Positions 56,541-64,000 of a stretch of DNA of 64,000 bases are shown here, piece by piece. This stretch comes from a virus. A program made the translations under genes and the position numbers. A model generated the notes under the pieces. That model did not search any database. It was not told the DNA's origin and saw only the letters and a program-made list of their open reading frames with translations. Within the stretch, counting starts at the first letter, position 1, and every line of letters begins with the position of its first letter. The stretch covers positions 1 through 64,000 of IMG/VR virus record IMGVR_UViG_3300032116_000067; one strand, given 5' to 3'.

Positions 56541-57179
56541 TTAGTTATTCTTCTTGCCGATCTTCCAGTAAGACTGGAATCCGTAATAAACCTGCCGGTT
56601 GATATCAGAGCCGATCTTAAGTCCGTAGAGATGATCGCGTTTTGTCTTGAGCATCAAACCCGCCTCTAGAGAGAAAGGCACAAAGACTTTAAAAGTATTG
56701 ATGCCGCCTCCAATATAAAGTTCGTTACGCTTGACTTCGGGTTTTACGATTGTGACTGTTTCTGTTACTTGAGGAATCTTATACGAATACGTAAAAGCCC
56801 TGTTGTTCAGGGTATTATGCTGTACAGTGTCCGTTATTGTAACATAACCGATACTGTCAATCATAATCGTGTCTCTATAGATGTTCTTAGAGAGAAACAG
56901 CTGCACTAACGTCTCGTACTGCGCTTTAAGTTTGGGATAGTTTGTATCCGGAATATACTGGGGCGGAAGAGTATCAATATCATAGATCGTTTCCGTGACA
57001 ACCATCTCTTTATAAATGATGCTATCCCGGACCAGCCAGGTAGTATCATGCACGATCACCGTATCAGCGGTAGGCTTCTTAAAGCACTGAACTACTTTTC
57101 TGCACCCGGCCCTTGTCAATATAACCAGCAGGATGAGCAGCAGTATGATCGTAATAAGTTTGAGAGCTTTGAGAGACAT
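56541..57179 (-). CDS. Membrane-anchored lysis-cassette protein (spanin-like candidate)
   Basis: N-terminal TM, DT-rich repeats, C-terminal beta strands. Confidence 0.5.
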   Translation of the reverse strand: MSLKALKLITIILLLILLVILTRAGCRKVVQCFKKPTADTVIVHDTTWLVRDSIIYKEMVVTETIYDIDTLPPQYIPDTNYPKLKAQYETLVQLFLSKNIYRDTIMIDSIGYVTITDTVQHNTLNNRAFTYSYKIPQVTETVTIVKPEVKRNELYIGGGINTFKVFVPFSLEAGLMLKTKRDHLYGLKIGSDINRQVYYGFQSYWKIGKKNN

Positions 57180-57207
57180 AATAACTTGTGGTTTTTATAC
57201 TTGCGGG

Positions 57208-57504
57208 TCAAGACTTCTTACCGGAGTCTCTACCTACCCTGACCTCATTGGTGGGAACCAGGGCAAACTTGGAGAACCAAACCGCGTTGTCTTTCTTAGG
57301 ATCATTCGGCACACTCGTAATCTGCCCATACACCTGCCTTTCCAGGTTGTCGATCCGGGTCTTGTCAATGTTACTCTGGGCCATAAGAGCCTTGATGTCA
57401 GACTTTATTTCTGTGACATCATTCCAGATCAGTAGTCCAATGATGGACACTAAGCTTGGAAACAACCAAAGCTTCAGCGTGTTAGCAGAACTCTCCTTCA
57501 TCAT
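57208..57504 (-). CDS. Single-TM coiled-coil protein (holin-like candidate)
   Basis: TM followed by coiled coil, in the lysis cassette. Confidence 0.45.
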   Translation of the reverse strand: MMKESSANTLKLWLFPSLVSIIGLLIWNDVTEIKSDIKALMAQSNIDKTRIDNLERQVYGQITSVPNDPKKDNAVWFSKFALVPTNEVRVGRDSGKKS

Positions 57505-57506
57505 GA

Positions 57507-57782
57507 TTAGCTAGCTTTTACAAGTTTGAACTCGTATACATTTCCAGCGGGCTTTTTCAGACTGATAATCAGACTGTTAGGAATAATATTTCCTTTTTCA
57601 TCCTTACGAACAAAATAGCGAAGCTTGCTAGGATGAATGATTACGGTCTCACCTGCACCAGCAGTAACATCTTGGGCAGGAATCTCAATGAGATTAGCCG
57701 GTACCTTTGTACCACTCATCATGGTGCTAGGAATAGGCCACCCCAAAGCATCTTTTTGGGCGTAGAACTTCTTTGTCATCAT
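57507..57782 (-). CDS. Hypothetical protein with internal duplication
   Basis: Y.QKD..G.PIP and Y.RKD..G.IIP repeats. Confidence 0.65.
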   Translation of the reverse strand: MMTKKFYAQKDALGWPIPSTMMSGTKVPANLIEIPAQDVTAGAGETVIIHPSKLRYFVRKDEKGNIIPNSLIISLKKPAGNVYEFKLVKAS

Positions 57783-57826
57783 ATAAGATTTACGTAAACT
57801 TTAAAACTGTAGAATCTAGACCGACC

Positions 57827-57843
57827 TCTACAATATAATATAC
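57827..57843 (-). promoter_or_regulatory. Putative late promoter GTATATTATATTGTAGA
   Basis: Identical to 29281-29297. Confidence 0.65.
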
Positions 57844-57864
57844 AACTTTTTTAGAGAACTTGTC

Positions 57865-57872
57865 TATATTTG
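57865..57872 (+). promoter_or_regulatory. Bacteroidota-type -7 box TATATTTG
   Basis: Matches TAnnTTTG, upstream of the replication unit. Confidence 0.55.
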
Positions 57873-57892
57873 TAGACCCAAATAAGATCACT

Positions 57893-58429
57893 ATGGAAAG
57901 TAAGACCTATGCCTTACAGCTAGAAAAAAAGCTGATTGAACAGTTTAGAGAAAACTTCTTTGACAAGTTAGGGTACTACCCTACTGTTATGACTGCAGCT
58001 CAGGTAAACACAGATGTAGCTATCCCTTACATGCATCTTTCTGTACTAAAAAAGTGTTTTGATCTTTTCCTTCCAGAGGTTGCAGGGTTTATTCTAAACT
58101 TAGAATCTCGTTCACGATCCAGAGAACTAGTAGAGCTCAGAAGTATTTACTGCTACTTGGCTCGTGAGATGCGGTATAGTCTTACAACGATCGGTAAAAG
58201 TATAGGTAATAGGGATCATACTACAGTAATCAACAGCGTTACAAACTTTAAAAACTGGATCGAAACAGATGAAAACTTTCGGCATAAGTATTCAGCTATT
58301 CTTAGTCATATAAAGCAACAATATGAGTCATCAGTTATGGCAAAGCTTGATCAAGTACAATGTGAGTCCGAACCAGTTATACTTCCTGGACTCGTGCCGA
58401 TACAAGATCAAGCCCACCAGCATCATTAA
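57893..58429 (+). CDS. DnaA domain-IV (Bac_DnaA_C)-like HTH protein
   Basis: SR.RE.V..R....YLAR.....SL..IG...G.RDHTTV..S. Confidence 0.85.
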   Translation: MESKTYALQLEKKLIEQFRENFFDKLGYYPTVMTAAQVNTDVAIPYMHLSVLKKCFDLFLPEVAGFILNLESRSRSRELVELRSIYCYLAREMRYSLTTIGKSIGNRDHTTVINSVTNFKNWIETDENFRHKYSAILSHIKQQYESSVMAKLDQVQCESEPVILPGLVPIQDQAHQHH

Positions 58430-58904
58430 TTTAGATGCTGAACGTCTAGTAGCAGAAAGCAGAGGTCACATTGACTCAAATGGAAATCTTACCCCAGGAG
58501 CAATCTTTATTCTGGATGAGTTTGAAACGCTTTTAGTCAAGACTAAAAAGAAGGTTGCTTCAGAACTGTTAGGTACAGATGCACTTACTCACATCAAAAC
58601 ATACCGGGAGCTTTTTCCGGCAAAACGGGTTCCTCGTGTCGGACTACTCCGGCAGACAGTTCAGGAACTCAAAGAGAAGTTTATCTGGTTTTTTAAGACT
58701 TACCCGGAATATGACTGGGCCCTAGTACTGGATGCTACAGACTACTATATCTACACCAAGACTAAAGAGAACTTGGAGTACATGACCACCAGCAGTTACT
58801 TTATCCAACGTACGGATAACTTCACCAAAGCTTCCCGGTCTCTACTGGCAGACTACTGTCAGATGATCCTAGACAACCCCGAGATCCTCAATAACGAGGC
58901 ATAA
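58323..58904 (+). CDS. Hypothetical replication-region protein
   Basis: Y.E.FP...W..V..AT..Y...YM....YFI; upstream of DnaB. Confidence 0.65.
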   Translation: MSHQLWQSLIKYNVSPNQLYFLDSCRYKIKPTSIINLDAERLVAESRGHIDSNGNLTPGAIFILDEFETLLVKTKKKVASELLGTDALTHIKTYRELFPAKRVPRVGLLRQTVQELKEKFIWFFKTYPEYDWALVLDATDYYIYTKTKENLEYMTTSSYFIQRTDNFTKASRSLLADYCQMILDNPEILNNEA

Positions 58905-58974
58905 TATTGTAGAAATTATTTTGGAGTTCTATAACAAGTTCTCTAAATTTACACCCCACAAAACACAGAAGCAC

Positions 58975-59172
58975 ATGTCTACAGTATCCACAACCCTCAG
59001 AGAGTTCTTTGACAAGTTGCCAGATGCTGCTTTCTCTGACACTAAAGACTACAAGATTATCAGCTTTCCGATGTTAGAACACATAGTCAACAAGCTGGTC
59101 TATGAAGCCGAAGTTCGAGGAGAAACGCGCATCTTAAACAACATAGACGTATTGTTGGAGAGTACACTCTGA
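58975..59172 (+). CDS. Hypothetical protein
   Basis: Start refined to MSTVST. Confidence 0.55.
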   Translation: MSTVSTTLREFFDKLPDAAFSDTKDYKIISFPMLEHIVNKLVYEAEVRGETRILNNIDVLLESTL

Positions 59173-59191
59173 AGTAACCTTCATCTCCTGT

Positions 59192-60244
59192 ATGGAAGTA
59201 CCTCAGAATATCGGCCGACGGAAGACATACACGTCGGTATTACGAAAAGGTCTCAAGTATGTCGAGAAACGACGAAACGGGGACATCAAAAGTCTTAAGA
59301 CTCCATGGCCCAGTTTCAATACCGCTGGCGTAGGCGGTCTGGAGTGGGGCTCAATGTTAACGATCGGAGCCCGTCCTGGTGCAGGTAAAACGATGATTGT
59401 ATCCCAAATGTTACGGGAAGCTCATCGTCAGAACCCGGACCAGAAGTTTAATATCCTGGAGTTTCAGTTCGAGATGGGTGACGAGCAGTACGCTTCCAGG
59501 CAGTTTGCCGGGGAAGTAGCTCAAGACTACGGAGTAATCCTTAGTACCAATCAACAACTTGATGACTTCATCCTGGATCAGATCAAAGAGTATATCAATG
59601 TCTGTGACATGATGGAGAAACAGGGTATTAAAAGAGACATCATCTCTGAGTCTCTTACTCACCAAGAGATGGAACAAGAGATCAAACAAGCGTATGTAGA
59701 TGGTGGGGCCAAGCCCCTGATCGTTACGATCGACCACAGCTGGTTGATCAAACGCAGCAGTTCCGAGAAAGACAAGTTTGACGTCTTATACAACACCACA
59801 GAGATGTTGATGAGTCTCAAACGTAAGATCCCGGTTATTATCATCATGATTACCCAGATGAACCGTACCATGGAAGAAGCTATCCGTAAGGTTCCTTCCA
59901 GTATTGCTAACTACCCGACCAGTTCTGACATCTTTGGCGGTGACGCCCTGATGCAAGGATCCGACATGGTAGTAGTACTATCCCGTCCTTACAAGATGGA
60001 TATTAAGTCTTACGGTCCGTACGCGTACCGGGTAGAAAAAGACGACGTCTTTATGCATCTACTCAAGATCCGTAACGGTAGTGAAGACAACAGTATCATC
60101 TTTATGAAGATGGACGGTAAAAATCAACGGATGATCGAAGTACCACCGGCGGTCCCGGACCGCCCTGATGGTTCGTTCACAAGATTATCTCAGCGTACCG
60201 GTTTTTCAAGAAACGTATCCGCACCTATCGGTGAAGAACTTTAA
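59192..60244 (+). CDS. dnaB: DnaB-like replicative helicase
   Basis: GARPGAGKT, FEM, IDH, QMNR, D.V, LK.RNG. Confidence 0.9.
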   Translation: MEVPQNIGRRKTYTSVLRKGLKYVEKRRNGDIKSLKTPWPSFNTAGVGGLEWGSMLTIGARPGAGKTMIVSQMLREAHRQNPDQKFNILEFQFEMGDEQYASRQFAGEVAQDYGVILSTNQQLDDFILDQIKEYINVCDMMEKQGIKRDIISESLTHQEMEQEIKQAYVDGGAKPLIVTIDHSWLIKRSSSEKDKFDVLYNTTEMLMSLKRKIPVIIIMITQMNRTMEEAIRKVPSSIANYPTSSDIFGGDALMQGSDMVVVLSRPYKMDIKSYGPYAYRVEKDDVFMHLLKIRNGSEDNSIIFMKMDGKNQRMIEVPPAVPDRPDGSFTRLSQRTGFSRNVSAPIGEEL

Positions 60245-60256
60245 ACTACAATTCCC

Positions 60257-60883
60257 ATGTTTACAACAGCACAGTACCAAAACGCACGAAGACGACTCTC
60301 GTTTGATGAGTTTAAGTCTCTGTCACCTGATGACCAAAAACAATACAAAGCTCAGGTCCTGGAAGAAATACGAGCTTTCCACGCTCCCATGCTGGAAGAA
60401 CTCGGTGCTACCAGACTGGACTTTCAGATCAAGATCCCATTTTACGACAAGCAAGCTCGTAAAGTAGTCGGCATCTTTGCTTCTGAGTTTAAAAGAGAAA
60501 ACGGTTTTTACTTTGAACTTACAAGTAGAGAGTTTGAGCCGCTGGATACCAACAGAACAGTTTACAAAGTATCATATAATCCATCGTTTGATGAAGAGTA
60601 TGAGATGAACGAGAAAGGTTCTTACCTCGTACCTTTAGAAGAACTACGTATGGTTACACCAGCCAGCGTAGCAATCAGCGGACCTTCTGCTTTATTAGAT
60701 CAGCCCAGATCTAAAGCTGTTACTTCAACACCCCAAAAGAATACGACATCATATAGAGCTCCCGAGCCTATAGCTGATGCACCATATTCAGAGATGACAA
60801 TCCGTGACTACTATGCTATTCATACCGGTAAACCGGTTAGCACCAAGTTATGGCTTAACGAACTGATAAGAACAAACAAGTAA
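60257..60883 (+). CDS. Hypothetical protein
   Basis: C-terminal MTIRDYYAI motif. Confidence 0.7.
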   Translation: MFTTAQYQNARRRLSFDEFKSLSPDDQKQYKAQVLEEIRAFHAPMLEELGATRLDFQIKIPFYDKQARKVVGIFASEFKRENGFYFELTSREFEPLDTNRTVYKVSYNPSFDEEYEMNEKGSYLVPLEELRMVTPASVAISGPSALLDQPRSKAVTSTPQKNTTSYRAPEPIADAPYSEMTIRDYYAIHTGKPVSTKLWLNELIRTNK

Positions 60884-60884
60884 T

Positions 60885-61568
60885 ATGGCACAAGGCATCC
60901 TAGTTATTGCAGAGTCCGGCTCTGGTAAGTCTACCAGTATTCAATCTCTCGATCCTAACGAGACATTTATCATCAACGTGGCTAACAAGCCCCTGCCTTT
61001 TAAAGGCTGGAAGAAAAAGTATATCCTGTGGAGTAAAGACAATCCCGCAGGTAACCTGTACAGCGGATCTACCGCTCAGCAGATAGAAGCGTGTTTACGC
61101 TATGTCAACGAAAAACGACCCGAGATCAAGACTGTTATAGTGGATGACTTCCAGTACATGAGTTCCTTTGAGTTCTTTGACTCAATAGACGAAAAAGGCT
61201 ACGAGAAGTTCACCCGTATCGGTGCACATCTGGCTCGTATTGCCCGTCTTCCCAAAGACCTCAGAGATGATTTGACTGTCGTGTTTCTTACGCATGCTGA
61301 AGAGTCCACTGACATCGAAGGCAAACGTAAAGTCAAAGCAAAGACGATCGGCAAAATGGTAGACGAAAAGCTTTCCCTGGAAGGTCTGTTCTCCATCGTG
61401 CTGTTTGGCAAAGTCAAGAAAGAAAAAGAGGGCGGCGTACGCTACGTGTTTGAAACCACCAACAACGGTGAGAACACTTGTAAAAGTCCCTGGGGTATGT
61501 TTACAGATACTGAGATCCCCAACGATCTGGCATTTGTGAAGAAAGCAATTCACGAATACGAAAACTGA
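60885..61568 (+). CDS. AAA_24/Sak4-like ATPase
   Basis: AESGSGKST, VDDFQY, KTIGKM, KSP.GMF, IPNDL. Confidence 0.85.
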   Translation: MAQGILVIAESGSGKSTSIQSLDPNETFIINVANKPLPFKGWKKKYILWSKDNPAGNLYSGSTAQQIEACLRYVNEKRPEIKTVIVDDFQYMSSFEFFDSIDEKGYEKFTRIGAHLARIARLPKDLRDDLTVVFLTHAEESTDIEGKRKVKAKTIGKMVDEKLSLEGLFSIVLFGKVKKEKEGGVRYVFETTNNGENTCKSPWGMFTDTEIPNDLAFVKKAIHEYEN

Positions 61569-61600
61569 GTTTTCATCCTTAACTATAAAAAACAGACAGT

Positions 61601-62209
61601 ATGTTTAGCACTCAAGGACAGGAAGTCAAGACCGGCGGTACTTCTAAGTCATTACAAGCAGGGGTAGTTTATGCCCACATTAACAGCGGCCAGCTCAGAA
61701 CCTCCAGCAAAGGAGACAAAAAAGTACTGGAGCTCTATCTCGAGGGACCTGAGTTGGATAACTTTGAAGGTTGGCCCATCAGTAAAGATAACCCGGAAGG
61801 ACCTAAGCACAAGGGTCAAACAGCACGCGTTGCTGCTACCATCTGGACGGATGAATTCAACAATCCCAACGTATCTCGTAACGAGATCATGTACAAGCTG
61901 AGCATCATTGCTACCGAACTCGGTCTGCGTGACCAGCTCAACCAGATCCAGGCCAACTCTATCGAAGAGTGGGTATCCAAAGTCCTGAACCTGGTAGAAG
62001 GCAAGAAGATGTACTGGTTCCTCAAAGGCACCGAAGAAGAGTACAACGGTAAAACCATCATCAAGCTGTCTTTGCCCAAGTATAAGTTTGCGTCTGTAGA
62101 CGAAACCAAGCTGGACAAGTTTGATAAGAACAACAAGTATCACTACAAAGCTCTGGTCACTAAGCCGGTAAGCAGTTTTGAACCTGCGACCGACGACTTT
62201 GACATGTAA
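61601..62209 (+). CDS. Putative ssDNA-binding protein
   Basis: Follows the Sak4-like gene; acidic-aromatic tail DDFDM. Confidence 0.55.
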   Translation: MFSTQGQEVKTGGTSKSLQAGVVYAHINSGQLRTSSKGDKKVLELYLEGPELDNFEGWPISKDNPEGPKHKGQTARVAATIWTDEFNNPNVSRNEIMYKLSIIATELGLRDQLNQIQANSIEEWVSKVLNLVEGKKMYWFLKGTEEEYNGKTIIKLSLPKYKFASVDETKLDKFDKNNKYHYKALVTKPVSSFEPATDDFDM

Positions 62210-62239
62210 AAAAGCTTTCTTTTCATAGCTGTACATAAC

Positions 62240-62268
62240 GGGGGGTGTTTCTACACTCCCCTTCTTTT
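62240..62268 (+). terminator. Intrinsic terminator
   Basis: ggggtgt/acactcccc stem plus T-tract. Confidence 0.6.
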
Positions 62269-62287
62269 ATCTTCTAATCCCAGTACT

Positions 62288-63256
62288 ATGTTCAAGACTA
62301 AAAACTTGGTACATGACATCAAAGATGTACCTGTACCGTGGATTTTTGAGCACTACTGTAAGCTCAAAGAAAAGTTAACGGGTGATGATGTGAAGATCAA
62401 GAGCTTGTTTACTAAGGAACGCACGCCTTCTATGTGCATCTACTTTGACAATGCTCGTCAAGTATATAAGTTCAAAGACTTCTCTTCCGGCAAGTGGGGT
62501 GACGCTATTGATCTGGTAAAAGAGATCACACAGAAGCCCTATCATCAAGCCTGTCAACAGGTCATCGAAGAGTTTAACGACTTTGTACTGCATAACAACG
62601 GCGGGTATAACGTACAAGAGTTCAAACAGTCCAGCCGGTATAAAGTCAGCTCGATCGTTACCCGGTCCTGGTCTACCCAGGATCAGACTTATTGGACCAA
62701 ATTTAACATAGGCAGTAAACTACTTAGTGAACACCGGGTAGTTCCCCTGGAGTATTACTGCATGGAAAAAGATGGTAAACAGCTGACTATCCGGGGTCTG
62801 TATCTATACGGGTATTTCAAAGCCGACGGTACACTATACAAGATCTATCAACCCAAGACACAGGATAAGAAGTTCATCAAAGTTTCAGACTATGTCCAGG
62901 GTTCTGAGCAGCTAAAAGATCACCGGTTCCTGGTGATCACAAGCTCACTGAAAGACATCATGGCCCTAAAGAGCCTGAAGCTATCAGTAGACTACATTGC
63001 TCCTGACTCTGAGAACAGTCTGATCCGTAAAGAACTGATGAACGAGTACTTTAAAAAGTATGAGAAGATCATCGTTCTTTTTGACTTTGACGAAGCCGGT
63101 ATCAAAGCCATGGAACGTTACAAAGAACTCTATCCTGATATCCTGACAGCCGTTCTACCTATGAGTAAAGACCCATCAGATTCTATCCGGGATTATGGAG
63201 CCAAAGAGGTTCGTAACCGACTGGTTCCAATCCTGAACAAAAAGCTAGAGAACTGA
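62288..63256 (+). CDS. DNA primase (TOPRIM), crAss-like
   Basis: ERTPS, KDFSSG..GD, ITSSLKD, FDFDEAG, KDPSD. Confidence 0.85.
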   Translation: MFKTKNLVHDIKDVPVPWIFEHYCKLKEKLTGDDVKIKSLFTKERTPSMCIYFDNARQVYKFKDFSSGKWGDAIDLVKEITQKPYHQACQQVIEEFNDFVLHNNGGYNVQEFKQSSRYKVSSIVTRSWSTQDQTYWTKFNIGSKLLSEHRVVPLEYYCMEKDGKQLTIRGLYLYGYFKADGTLYKIYQPKTQDKKFIKVSDYVQGSEQLKDHRFLVITSSLKDIMALKSLKLSVDYIAPDSENSLIRKELMNEYFKKYEKIIVLFDFDEAGIKAMERYKELYPDILTAVLPMSKDPSDSIRDYGAKEVRNRLVPILNKKLEN

Positions 63257-63296
63257 AGATGTTCTACAGTATATTTGTAGAACTCAATGCTCTTCT

Positions 63297-63749
63297 ATGA
63301 ATTCTTGGTTCTACAACAATAGAAAGATCTCCTGCGTAGAAGACCTTCCAAACCATGAAAACCTTTACGGTTTTATTTACATGATCCAGGATACTGAAAC
63401 TCTCAGATCCTATGTAGGTAAGAAGGTTTTATACAACACCCGCAAAAAGAAGATCTCTCAAAAAGTAAAAAAAGCCACTGGTACTCGGAAAACATTTGAG
63501 TACCAGGTGAAGGAATCTGACTGGCAGATATATCATGGTTCTTCTAAAGAGCTGCTGGCAGATATCACCAAGTACGGTGCAGGTAGATTCAGAAGAGTCA
63601 TCTTGGAACTATGCTGCACTAAAAAGTATCTGTCTTATGCAGAGCTGGCCTGGCAGATCAAACTTGATGTACTCAAGTCAGACAGCTACAACGGTAACAT
63701 CCTGGGCCGTTATTATACCAGGGATATGCAAAACTGTTCTAAAAAGTAA
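63297..63749 (+). CDS. GIY-YIG (Seg-like) nuclease
   Basis: GFIY.I.......YVGKK...W..Y.GSS...F.R.IL...E...YN.NI. Confidence 0.8.
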   Translation: MNSWFYNNRKISCVEDLPNHENLYGFIYMIQDTETLRSYVGKKVLYNTRKKKISQKVKKATGTRKTFEYQVKESDWQIYHGSSKELLADITKYGAGRFRRVILELCCTKKYLSYAELAWQIKLDVLKSDSYNGNILGRYYTRDMQNCSKK

Positions 63750-63753
63750 AACC

Positions 63754-63969
63754 ATGTCAGACGAAGAATTTGAAGCAATGATCCAAGAAGTACCCCCGGT
63801 ATATGAGGAAGATTATGTACCCCCTATTATTGATGAGCTAAACAAAGCCAACAACAAGATCAAAGATCTGTATCACTTTATAGAGATGACAGAAGCTTTG
63901 ACCTACGATAATGCTACCCGAGTACGTATTCGATCTTTTCTTAAAGAAGAAGGCATATGGAAATCATAG
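63754..63969 (+). CDS. Hypothetical protein
   Basis: Start refined to MSDEEF. Confidence 0.55.
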   Translation: MSDEEFEAMIQEVPPVYEEDYVPPIIDELNKANNKIKDLYHFIEMTEALTYDNATRVRIRSFLKEEGIWKS

Positions 63970-64000
63970 AGTTACAAGAACACATTCAAGAGCCGTCTCC

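Noticed and set aside
1-64000. Genome-wide TAG or TGA recoding as in some crAss-like phages
   Set aside because: Long genes are uninterrupted in the standard code and TAG ends genes that are followed by terminators. Only isolated in-frame stops were seen.

Overview
The window is a 64-kb piece of a crAss-like (Crassvirales-type) dsDNA phage genome in the standard genetic code. The host is probably a Bacteroidota species, because TAnnTTTG -7 promoter boxes are present and I saw no obvious Shine-Dalgarno sites. Positions 1-29.3 kb (minus strand) hold the late/virion module: tail fibres, structural genes, a LAGLIDADG endonuclease, major capsid, portal and terminase. The same block also carries accessory enzymes: a glycosyltransferase, an SNase-like nuclease, an ATE/Bpt-like aminoacyl-tRNA-protein transferase, PhoH, a PD-(D/E)xK nuclease, an IHF-like protein and a GNAT. 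Positions 29.6-47.8 kb (plus strand) are an early accessory region of small ORFs with unusually long, structured intergenic sequence. This includes a twister-ribozyme-like element with a second partial copy, and a family of tRNA-like RNAs whose anticodon loop is replaced by extra hairpins. Positions 47.8-64 kb hold DNA metabolism genes (SF2 helicase invaded by a GIY-YIG gene, Ung, MoxR/vWA pair, DnaA-domain-IV-like protein, DnaB, Sak4-like ATPase, primase), interrupted by an inverted lysis cassette with a GH19 endolysin. The most novel-looking signals are the anticodon-less Leu-type tRNA-like array, the phage ATE/Bpt-like transferase and their possible link, the twister-like elements, and the endonuclease that supplies a recoded helicase 5' end. 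All calls come from reading motifs by eye; no database searches were run.
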